Positions 7,290 through 14,717 of a DNA stretch of 33,355 bases are shown one piece after another; the stretch's first letter is position 1; each line of letters starts with the position of its first letter. Source of the stretch: an uncultured Syntrophomonadaceae bacterium (GTDB taxonomy: Bacteria; Bacillota; Dethiobacteria; PWVN01); assembly GCA_964541505.1 (NCBI GenBank), contig CAZIRG010000002.1:1-33355 (forward strand), given 5' to 3'. The notes beneath the pieces were generated by a model. It had not been told where the DNA came from. It made no database searches and saw only the letters and a list, made by a program, of their open reading frames with translations. The position numbers and the translations under genes were made by a program.

Positions 7290-8555
7290 TTAACTCCTTA
7301 AAAAATAGATAGTATCAAGTTTAATTCGCTGAGCTACTCTGACCACATCTTCTTTGGTTACTCTAGCTAGTTTGTCGATAATTTCAGACTGGTCCATAAT
7401 TTTGCCATTTATAATTCCCTCCATAATACTACCTACCAACTGAGAAGGACTATCTTCCTGTAACCTAGCTTGAGAAAGAAGGGCTGTACGAGTGTTAGCA
7501 AACTCCTGGTCTGAAATTTCTCCAGCAGAAACACTTTCCAATTGTTTCCTGATAATTTCTAGTGTTCTATCATAATTTTCTACCTCTATACCGGAACTGA
7601 TTAGCATCAGTCCTTTTGTTCTTTCTAACCTAGAGAAAACGTAATAAGCAAGTCCGGCTTTTTCACGCACGTTCTGAAAAAGTTTTGAATGCGAGAAGCC
7701 GCCGAGGATACCATTATAGTAGGTTAGAGGAAAAATATCTTCTCCGTAAGGAATATTGGTACGATATCCTAAAGAAAGTTTCCCCTGATTAATAGCCATT
7801 TTTTCTTCTACTATTTTTTCTTCACCAACTTCTTTTACAACCTGGGGAGAAGGTAAAGTATATTTTTCGTCACTGGAAAAAGTAAATATTTCCTCAATTA
7901 AAGCTTGGATATCTGATGTTTTCACATCACCTACTACAAAAAAATCTACAGGTGCCCGGTGAATGAAGTTCTGATAGTAAGTAGATAAAGAAATAGTATC
8001 AATTTTTTCAATTTCTTCTGTATAACCATATTTATAGGTTCCATAAGGCTCATCTACACACATTATTTGCAAGCAACGCTCTACTGATAAAGCCATCTTG
8101 TCATTAATTAAACCTTTAATATGTTTTTTCAGTTGTTCTTTTTCCTGAGCTAGATAATTCTTCTTAAAAACATTATCTTCTAACAGAGGATTTTGCATAA
8201 TATCTCTTAAAATTTCTAGACCCGCTTTTAAAACAGCTTCCCCCTTTGGAAGAAATTGCCTATCAATAATATCTAAGGCAAAAGAAATAATTTGTCGTTC
8301 ACCTTTTTTTAAAACACCAGTGCCTATTTCTGCCCCAAATAAAGCTTCTAGGCTACTGGCTATTTCCAGAACGCTCGGATGTTTTTGGCTACCTCTGGTT
8401 AATATCATAGGCAGCAGCGCTGTAGGGGTAGCTAAATCTCTTTGTAATTGTTGATGTAAAAAAACTTGAACAAGAATAGTTTTAAACTTTTTTGTAGGAA
8501 AAACATATAAGTTAATCCCATCCATAATTTGACGATGAAAAAAATGTTGTGCCAA
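7290..8555 (-). CDS. M16 family peptidase-like protein, YmfF-like, no HxxEH motif (probable non-catalytic partner)
   Basis: 421 aa with M16 fold-like layout immediately upstream of the active paralogue. No HxxEH found in the N-terminal domain. TTG start with AAGGAGGG 6 nt upstream. Confidence 0.8.
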   Translation of the reverse strand: MAQHFFHRQIMDGINLYVFPTKKFKTILVQVFLHQQLQRDLATPTALLPMILTRGSQKHPSVLEIASSLEALFGAEIGTGVLKKGERQIISFALDIIDRQFLPKGEAVLKAGLEILRDIMQNPLLEDNVFKKNYLAQEKEQLKKHIKGLINDKMALSVERCLQIMCVDEPYGTYKYGYTEEIEKIDTISLSTYYQNFIHRAPVDFFVVGDVKTSDIQALIEEIFTFSSDEKYTLPSPQVVKEVGEEKIVEEKMAINQGKLSLGYRTNIPYGEDIFPLTYYNGILGGFSHSKLFQNVREKAGLAYYVFSRLERTKGLMLISSGIEVENYDRTLEIIRKQLESVSAGEISDQEFANTRTALLSQARLQEDSPSQLVGSIMEGIINGKIMDQSEIIDKLARVTKEDVVRVAQRIKLDTIYFLRS

Positions 8556-8707
8556 AGAGAACCCTCCTTAAATGTTGGGTAACATATCTCCCTTTTGGGA
8601 GAAGTCTGTCACCTTTCTACTCATACTCGTATACTCATATTTATATTCCATAAAAACAAACAACTTCCTGCTTTTAGGAACAACTAAATTATCTTATTTT
8701 TAGAATT

Positions 8708-9190
8708 TTAACTCTCTGATATTATTTTTTGTAGTAGAAAGTAAAGAAGCGGCAACGTACTATAAAGAAGTAATGTTGCTGCAGCTACAACTCCCGAATC
8801 ATTAGTTAAAAATGCAACAGCCGAACCAGCAGTTATGCCAAGTAGCCCCCCCATAAAAAGCGGATATTCTTTTTGTAATTGCTTTAGGAGACCCAATGGT
8901 CTAAATAAAAGTATTGCTTGCACAAAAAGAAGACTCATAAAAACCCTACTCCAAAGAGAGTGACGCAAAAGTCGTAAATTCATAGAAGCTTTTCTTACAA
9001 CTACATAATAAAGCTCTCCTATTCCCCCCTCTCTGACAGCGATAATAGTTCTTCCTAAGTGAGAAATTTCTCTACCTTCTACCGGCAAGTTAAGCCAGAT
9101 AAAAAAGATAAACAAGAGAGCCCCTCCCAAAAGAAGGTAAAAGATAATTCTTTTACCTCTCTGCTGATAAAATATCTTTTTTAGAGCCAT
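8708..9190 (-). CDS. Polytopic membrane protein fragment; probable C-terminal part of the upstream ORF, separated by a frameshift
   Basis: 160 aa and hydrophobic. Its frame stays open upstream to 9277 (YYLFIVFLLASPSFGANFGGILTGLAAGF-MALKK), overlapping the end of ORF 9250-10896. Confidence 0.6.
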   Translation of the reverse strand: MALKKIFYQQRGKRIIFYLLLGGALLFIFFIWLNLPVEGREISHLGRTIIAVREGGIGELYYVVVRKASMNLRLLRHSLWSRVFMSLLFVQAILLFRPLGLLKQLQKEYPLFMGGLLGITAGSAVAFLTNDSGVVAAATLLLYSTLPLLYFLLQKIISES

Positions 9191-9249
9191 AAATCCTGCC
9201 GCTAGACCAGTAAGAATACCTCCAAAATTTGCCCCAAAAGAAGGTGAGG

Positions 9250-10896
9250 CTAATAAAAAAACAATAAATAAATAATATTACCTAAAGACCTTTTAACAGA
9301 GGGATAAAATTGTAGCAATCCTGTTATAGCAATGAGTGTAGAGCCAATTAATACACCCATAAATTCATTTCCAACTCCATAATAACGTGCTCCGACAACC
9401 GGATCATACCCAAGAAAAGAAAATTTAAGCAACTGACTGTTGTTAATTATCAAGTCCAAAACCAAACAGACAGAAGTTAGAAAAGCAATTAAAATTATAT
9501 TCTTTTTGAAGTCAATTAAGAAAAATAGCAGATAACTAGTTATAAAAGCAGTACCAAAAGTTACTCCGATGGTAAGGGCTAAAGACCAAGGAGGAAAAAA
9601 AGAAAGTAATAAAAAAAATAGCGGCATTAGGAGCAGCGATAATATTAGTAACTGCAAAACTACAGTTTTTTTACTTTTAGTAAGAATAGCAAGCAATGCT
9701 GCTATTACAGTAAATATTTGCAAAAATATGAATACCTGTATTATCGGTGTTCTTTGTAAATAGATTCTATCTATCTGCAGTAGCTTTTTACCTAAAAAAT
9801 CACCGGCTCCTAGAAAGGGCTGAGGGGAAATACTTTCCCCCAATAAATAATATGATTTTTCTAATCCTAAGAAACAAAGTATGGAAGGAGCAATATCTAA
9901 GTTAGTTATAATGCCATCTCTTCTAGTAGTTGCAGAGGTAAGTAGTCCTTTTTCTGTCTTCTCTCCTTGGTAAATAACAACAGGAGTTAACATTTTCCCT
10001 GTTCCTCGATCATGCCTAGGTGGAGATGGGGAAAAGAGAATAAAAAGTGTACCGTCAGTATTTAAATTAACAGCTATTTCTCCTAAAAAATCATTCAAAT
10101 GCTCGAATTTAGAGCTTAATAATTCCTTGTAACGTTCCGGAGTCAGATTAAAAGAATATTCGTCCAAACGATAGAAATCGCCCCACTCTATTAAAATCAC
10201 ATGATTTTTTTTGAAGTATTTTTGAAATAAGAGAACGATTTTCTCCCTATTAAGTCGATGACCAAAAGGAAACTGAGTATCTTTTAGTAAAATATCACTG
10301 CTAACCAACCCCTCACCGGCTTTACCTGCAAAGTTTGTTAGCATAAGAGGAGCAAACCTCCGGGGTAAGTTAGTATCGGAGTTCCCTAAAATTGCTACTC
10401 TTTTATCTGCCTGAAAGAGTTTTTCTCCTAAGGCTCCCGGAACTACTTTATGGTTTTTTACTTTATTCCTATTAATAACTTCAGATAAGCCCAAAAAAAC
10501 TACTGTTTCCTCTCCTTCAAGAAATGAGCCATAGCGCCGGTAATGGATATCTCTTACCAGCTCTTGTTGATATTTTTCCAGCAGATTAAATCCCAATGAA
10601 GCACTTCTTCCTCCTAAGGCTCTTGTGCCAGCTCCAAGAGTAGCATATGCATTTTCAGTATTAATAGCACCTCCTGTTCTAGTATTCATCAGTCCAAGAG
10701 AACCATATTCTACTAAGTGGTTTATATGCTCAAACTGGGATCCCTTTATTATTAAATCATTGAATGACAGTCGATCTACAGCCAACAAAACAACTCGCTT
10801 TTCAATTTCGCTCGCTTCTAAAATCGAAATATAAAAGTGGGTACTTAAAAGAAGTGCTGCTATTATAGAAATAGTAAGTTTTTTGACAAAAGACAT
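9250..10896 (-). CDS. Membrane protein: signal/TM anchor, ~340-aa exodomain tentatively alkaline-phosphatase-superfamily-like, then a multi-TM domain
   Basis: N-terminal hydrophobic segment. VVLLAVDRLSFNDL and TTRRDGIITNLDIAPSIL resemble the first-strand Asp and the C-terminal DIxPT/SIL motifs of sulfatase/phosphotransferase-type enzymes (weak recognition by eye). At least 5 TM helices follow residue ~380. Confidence 0.6.
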   Translation of the reverse strand: MSFVKKLTISIIAALLLSTHFYISILEASEIEKRVVLLAVDRLSFNDLIIKGSQFEHINHLVEYGSLGLMNTRTGGAINTENAYATLGAGTRALGGRSASLGFNLLEKYQQELVRDIHYRRYGSFLEGEETVVFLGLSEVINRNKVKNHKVVPGALGEKLFQADKRVAILGNSDTNLPRRFAPLMLTNFAGKAGEGLVSSDILLKDTQFPFGHRLNREKIVLLFQKYFKKNHVILIEWGDFYRLDEYSFNLTPERYKELLSSKFEHLNDFLGEIAVNLNTDGTLFILFSPSPPRHDRGTGKMLTPVVIYQGEKTEKGLLTSATTRRDGIITNLDIAPSILCFLGLEKSYYLLGESISPQPFLGAGDFLGKKLLQIDRIYLQRTPIIQVFIFLQIFTVIAALLAILTKSKKTVVLQLLILSLLLMPLFFLLLSFFPPWSLALTIGVTFGTAFITSYLLFFLIDFKKNIILIAFLTSVCLVLDLIINNSQLLKFSFLGYDPVVGARYYGVGNEFMGVLIGSTLIAITGLLQFYPSVKRSLGNIIYLLFFY

Positions 10897-10979
10897 TTTT
10901 TATCCTCGTTTATTTTAAAATTTCCCAACTACTCACCCTATGACCTATTACTCTGTCCTCAAAGTTTTCTCAAAGTTGC

Positions 10980-11166
10980 CTAAGCTGGTGTAGCAGATAC
11001 CAAATTGAGCATTGATTTTATTAATCAAAAGGAGCGGAAAATCTTGAGGATAGCGGTACAATCTGTTTGACTGAGCGCAGCGAGGGAGTTATTGTACCGC
11101 CCGAAAGATTTGAGCACCGATACACATAAAAAATCCGGCGAAAGTGGTATTGCTGCAGTAGCTTAG
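10980..11166. repeat. ~190-bp nested inverted-repeat element filling the intergenic gap
   Basis: Outer arms 10980-11001 / 11146-11166 (about 18 of 21 pair). Middle stem AAATCTT 11039-11045 / AAGATTT 11105-11111. Inner perfect 10-bp stem GCGGTACAAT 11053-11062 / ATTGTACCGC 11091-11100, with a 28-nt loop. Confidence 0.7.
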
Positions 11167-11174
11167 CCAAGTGG

Positions 11175-11801
11175 TTAGGAAACCTCATTATAAATCTCTG
11201 CTGTTTTTAGCAGCATATCTGATAATAAAAACTTTTCTTTTATCCTGCTAACGCCCGCTTTGACAAAAGAGTCCTTTTTATTAATGTCCTCTAAAAGATC
11301 TATTACGCCTTCTGCTAGGGCCTGTGGATTTTTCGGAGGAACCAGAAGGCCATGTTTCCCGGAAGTAATAATTTCAGGAATACCCCCCACAGAAGTTGCC
11401 ACTACCGGGACCCCGGAAGCTAAAGCCTCCAGTAAAACAATGCCCAACCCTTCTGTATGCGAAGGAAGAACAAAGACATCTAAAGAAGCAAAAAAGCTTG
11501 CTAAATTATCATAATATCCTAAAAGACAAACCTTCTTTCCCAACCCCATCTTACTTGATTTTAATAGCAACTTTTCTTTTAGGGGACCTTCTCCGGCAAT
11601 AAAAATTCTTCCTTCTGGATATTTATTTAAGATAAGCGGTGTTGCCTCCAACAGGTCTTCTATACCTTTTTGAGCTGTCAACCTTAGAGCAGTACCAATA
11701 ACAGGAAACTCTTCTTGACACAAAGTCGGGGCTGGTTCAGTTTTTTCATAATGATTTAAACAAATACCATTGTAAACGACCTCTACTTTGCTAGATGGCA
11801 C
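11175..11801 (-). CDS. GT4 (GT-B fold) glycosyltransferase, C-terminal half of a frameshifted gene
   Basis: VVYNGI..., IAGEGPLKEKL and LPSHTEGLGIVLLEALASGVPVVAT (EX7E-type region). The frame is open upstream through the T6 run at 11870-11875. Confidence 0.75.
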   Translation of the reverse strand: MPSSKVEVVYNGICLNHYEKTEPAPTLCQEEFPVIGTALRLTAQKGIEDLLEATPLILNKYPEGRIFIAGEGPLKEKLLLKSSKMGLGKKVCLLGYYDNLASFFASLDVFVLPSHTEGLGIVLLEALASGVPVVATSVGGIPEIITSGKHGLLVPPKNPQALAEGVIDLLEDINKKDSFVKAGVSRIKEKFLLSDMLLKTAEIYNEVS

Positions 11802-11860
11802 TTTACTACGATTGACAAAATCTTTTTTCAGTTCTTGCGAAACAGTAATATATTTTGTTG

Positions 11861-12235
11861 TTATACGAGAAAAAATTTTTCTATATGATAGTAAAAAGTG
11901 GCAGTATTAATAAGCGTATTAGGATCTACTAAAAAATTATGTAAAGTAAGTATGATGGGTATATTAGTTCCCTCTGCTGCCAGCCTACCAAAGATATCTG
12001 CTTTATAGCCATGCAAGTGAAGAAGATTTATCCTGTTTTTTTTGATAAACATCCTTATTTCCCATATTTTTATAGGAAGAAAAATTTTTTTAAACTTAGA
12101 AAAAAAAGAAATTGGGTAAAAGTTTCCGCCAGCACTGGCAACTGCTTCTGAGAACAAGAAATCCCTAGGTGCCGCTACAAAAATATCATGCTTAAGGGAA
12201 AAAAAATTTACTAGTTCCAATAAATGTTTTTTCAT
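11861..12235 (-). CDS. GT4 glycosyltransferase, N-terminal half of a frameshifted gene with no canonical start for the conserved N-terminus
   Basis: The ATG at 12235 lies inside the conserved IIPSATGG-MKKH loop. The in-frame extension 12236-12280 (LSIRILYIIPSATGG) contains no ATG/GTG/TTG. Confidence 0.65.
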   Translation of the reverse strand: MKKHLLELVNFFSLKHDIFVAAPRDFLFSEAVASAGGNFYPISFFSKFKKIFLPIKIWEIRMFIKKNRINLLHLHGYKADIFGRLAAEGTNIPIILTLHNFLVDPNTLINTATFYYHIEKFFLV

Positions 12236-12316
12236 TCCTCCAGTTGCTGACGGAATAATATATAAAATACGTATACTTAATCACATCCAGCTTGTTTTAG
12301 CTATAAGGCACTTTGT

Positions 12317-12345
12317 TTGACATTCTGCCCTTATGATGCTAATAT
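12317..12345 (+). promoter_or_regulatory. SigA-type promoter for the tRNA gene
   Basis: TTGACA (12317-12322), 17-nt spacer, TAATAT (12340-12345), 13 nt upstream of the mature tRNA 5' end. Confidence 0.65.
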
Positions 12346-12358
12346 AATACTTGTTGAA

Positions 12359-12433
12359 GCGCTCGTGGTGAAAAGGATATCACACAGGCCTCCGGAGCCT
12401 GAGTTTAGGGTTCGAATCCCTACGGGCGTACCA
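12359..12433 (+). tRNA. tRNA-Arg, anticodon CCG
   Basis: Cloverleaf folded by hand. Acceptor GCGCTCG/CGGGCGT (two G-U pairs), D arm GTGA-AAAGGATA-TCAC, anticodon arm CAGGC-CTCCGGA-GCCTG, T arm TAGGG-TTCGAAT-CCCTA, discriminator A, encoded CCA. U8, A14, GG, U33 and G37 are present. Confidence 0.85.
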
Positions 12434-12456
12434 TTTTTTCAGATAAAATAAAAAAA

Positions 12457-12499
12457 GGGGTTAGGGCTACACTCTTAATACTAGTATAGCCCTAACCCC
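12457..12499. terminator. Bidirectional rho-independent terminator shared by the tRNA (+) and relA (-)
   Basis: GGGGTTAGGGCTA (12457-12469) pairs with TAGCCCTAACCCC (12487-12499). Flanked by an A run upstream and a T run downstream. Confidence 0.8.
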
Positions 12500-12517
12500 T
12501 TTTTTTATTGGTTAGAA

Positions 12518-14701
12518 TTAGTGAGGAAAGTTTCTCCGTACTGAAAAAACATCCTTTACTCTTTTTAAAGCATTCACAACGCTATCCAGATGATTTACAT
12601 CTGTGACTACCAGCGTTAAATTCAAAGAGCTGCTACGATCTTTATTTGTTCTAGCATTGATAGCAGTGATGCTCACCTTCTTCTCTGAAATAACATTCAT
12701 AAGCTCCATCAGTAAATCAGCTCGATCCATACCCATTACTTCTATATCCACCGGATAAGAACGTACTGCAGTATCTTCCCAAGACACATTCACTAAACGG
12801 TCATTTCTCTCATTTTCTTCTGTTTCCTGAATTTTATTATGCAAATTAGGACAATCCTGCCTGTGTACAGAAACTCCTCTTCCCCGGGTTATAAAACCAA
12901 CGATATCATCACCCGGGACGGGGCTACAGCACTTTGCAAATCTGACCAGTAAATTAGAAACGCCCTCCACCTTAATGCCACCGCTAGCTTTATGAGAAAC
13001 AGTTTTGACTTCTGTTTTGTAGGCAGTAATTAAACGTTCTTTCTTGGTAGATAAAGTTTTGTCAAAGGCCTCTTTTAGTCTAGATACAACTTGGCGAGAA
13101 GATACCCCTCCGTACCCTACAGCAGCATAAACATCTTCTTCTGTTAAGAGATTAAATCTTTTGCCAATCTCTTCTAGAACGTGTGCTTTGAGAATCTGGT
13201 GCGGTTCAATATGATCTTTCTTCAACTCCCTTTCCAGAATCTCTTTTCCTTTGATAATATTTTCTTCTCTCTTTTCTTTTTTAAACCAGTTGCGTATTTT
13301 ACTTTTGGCTGGAGAAGTTTTAACCATCTTCAGCCAATCCCTACTAGGTGAGCCCTGCTTGGAAGTCATTATTTCTACGATGTCTCCGGTTTTAAGTTTG
13401 TAATCAAAAGGAACTAAGCGACCGTTAATTTTAGCACCCATACAGCGATGACCTACTTCAGTATGAATACGGTAAGCAAAATCTAAAGGGATGGCCCCTG
13501 CTGGAAGATCGATGACATCGCCTTTAGGAGTAAAAACAAAAACTTCGTCCACAAACAAGTCAATTTTCAGGTGTTCCATAAAAACATCCGCATCGCCATA
13601 ATCTTGTGACCATTCTAAAAGCTGGCGTAGCCAAGCCAGCTTTTCACTAGATTCTTGATCATCCTTTGATTTTTCCTTATATTTCCAGTGAGCGGCGATG
13701 CCGTATTCAGATGTGCGATGCATCTCCCAAGTTCTTATTTGAACTTCTAGAAGCTCATTTTTGGCACAAACTACTGTGGTATGCAAGGATTGATACATAT
13801 TGGGTTTAGGCATAGCAATATAATCTTTAAAACGGTAGGGGATAGGCTTCCACAAGGCATGTACGATACCGAGTGCTCCATAACAATCTTTAAGTGAATC
13901 AACTAGGATACGTACTGCTGTTAAATCATAAACCTCAGTGAATTCTAGATTTTGTTCTTTCATTTTAGTGTAAATGCTATAAATATGCTTGGGTCTTCCT
14001 TGAATATCAGCTTTTAGCCCTGCTTCTTCCAACTTCCCCTTTAGGAGAAATCGCATCTTTTCAATAAACTCTTCTCTCTCTTTCCTCTTCTTCGCCAATT
14101 TTTCTACCAAATAATAATATTGGTGTCGGTTCAAAAAACGAAAAGAAAGGTCTTCCAGCTCCCATTTTAGTTTATATATACCCAAACGATGTGCTAACGG
14201 AGCATAGATATCTAGAGTTTCCCGGGCAATTTCCTGTTGCTTTTCAGATGAAAGATGCTCCAAGGTGCGCATATTATGAGTTCTGTCAGCTAGCTTTATC
14301 AAAATGACTCGGATATCTTTAGCCATTGCCAAGAACATTTTCCTAAAATTCTCCGCTTGCTGTTCTTCTTTGGTGTGGAACTCCAAACGGCTTAACTTGG
14401 TTACCCCATCTACCAAGAGAGCTACCTCGCCACCAAATTTTTCCTTAATAATTTCGATGGTAACGGAAGTGTCTTCTACTACATCATGCAAAATAGCGGC
14501 TACAATCGTAACCGGATCAAGTTCTAAGTCAGTCAATATCAGCGCTGCCCCCACAGGATGGCTGATATAAGATTCTCCTGAAATGCGATGTTGTCCGTCA
14601 TGAGCCAAGCGAGCAAACTCATAGGCGGCATCAATTAAATCAAGAGTTCCTTTTCCTTTGGCATAAGAAGCTACTTTTTCCTTTAATTGTTCTAGGAACA
14701 T
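12518..14701 (-). CDS. relA: Bifunctional (p)ppGpp synthetase/hydrolase, RelA/SpoT (Rel) family
   Basis: HD hydrolase domain (HPVGAALIL...LHDVVEDT), synthetase domain (GRPKHIYSIYTKM...DLTAVRILV), TGS and C-terminal ACT-like regions. Start set at ATG 14701, preceded by GGTGGTGAG; ORF-track ATG 14716 has no SD. Confidence 0.95.
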   Translation of the reverse strand: MFLEQLKEKVASYAKGKGTLDLIDAAYEFARLAHDGQHRISGESYISHPVGAALILTDLELDPVTIVAAILHDVVEDTSVTIEIIKEKFGGEVALLVDGVTKLSRLEFHTKEEQQAENFRKMFLAMAKDIRVILIKLADRTHNMRTLEHLSSEKQQEIARETLDIYAPLAHRLGIYKLKWELEDLSFRFLNRHQYYYLVEKLAKKRKEREEFIEKMRFLLKGKLEEAGLKADIQGRPKHIYSIYTKMKEQNLEFTEVYDLTAVRILVDSLKDCYGALGIVHALWKPIPYRFKDYIAMPKPNMYQSLHTTVVCAKNELLEVQIRTWEMHRTSEYGIAAHWKYKEKSKDDQESSEKLAWLRQLLEWSQDYGDADVFMEHLKIDLFVDEVFVFTPKGDVIDLPAGAIPLDFAYRIHTEVGHRCMGAKINGRLVPFDYKLKTGDIVEIMTSKQGSPSRDWLKMVKTSPAKSKIRNWFKKEKREENIIKGKEILERELKKDHIEPHQILKAHVLEEIGKRFNLLTEEDVYAAVGYGGVSSRQVVSRLKEAFDKTLSTKKERLITAYKTEVKTVSHKASGGIKVEGVSNLLVRFAKCCSPVPGDDIVGFITRGRGVSVHRQDCPNLHNKIQETEENERNDRLVNVSWEDTAVRSYPVDIEVMGMDRADLLMELMNVISEKKVSITAINARTNKDRSSSLNLTLVVTDVNHLDSVVNALKRVKDVFSVRRNFPH

Positions 14702-14717
14702 CTTTCTCACCACCATT

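Noticed and set aside
11175-12283. Considered the GT4 gene as the missing bshA
   Set aside because: It lies 18 kb from bshC/bshB1 in an unrelated context. Its N-terminal region does not resemble the BshA sequences I recall, and the gene appears inactivated.
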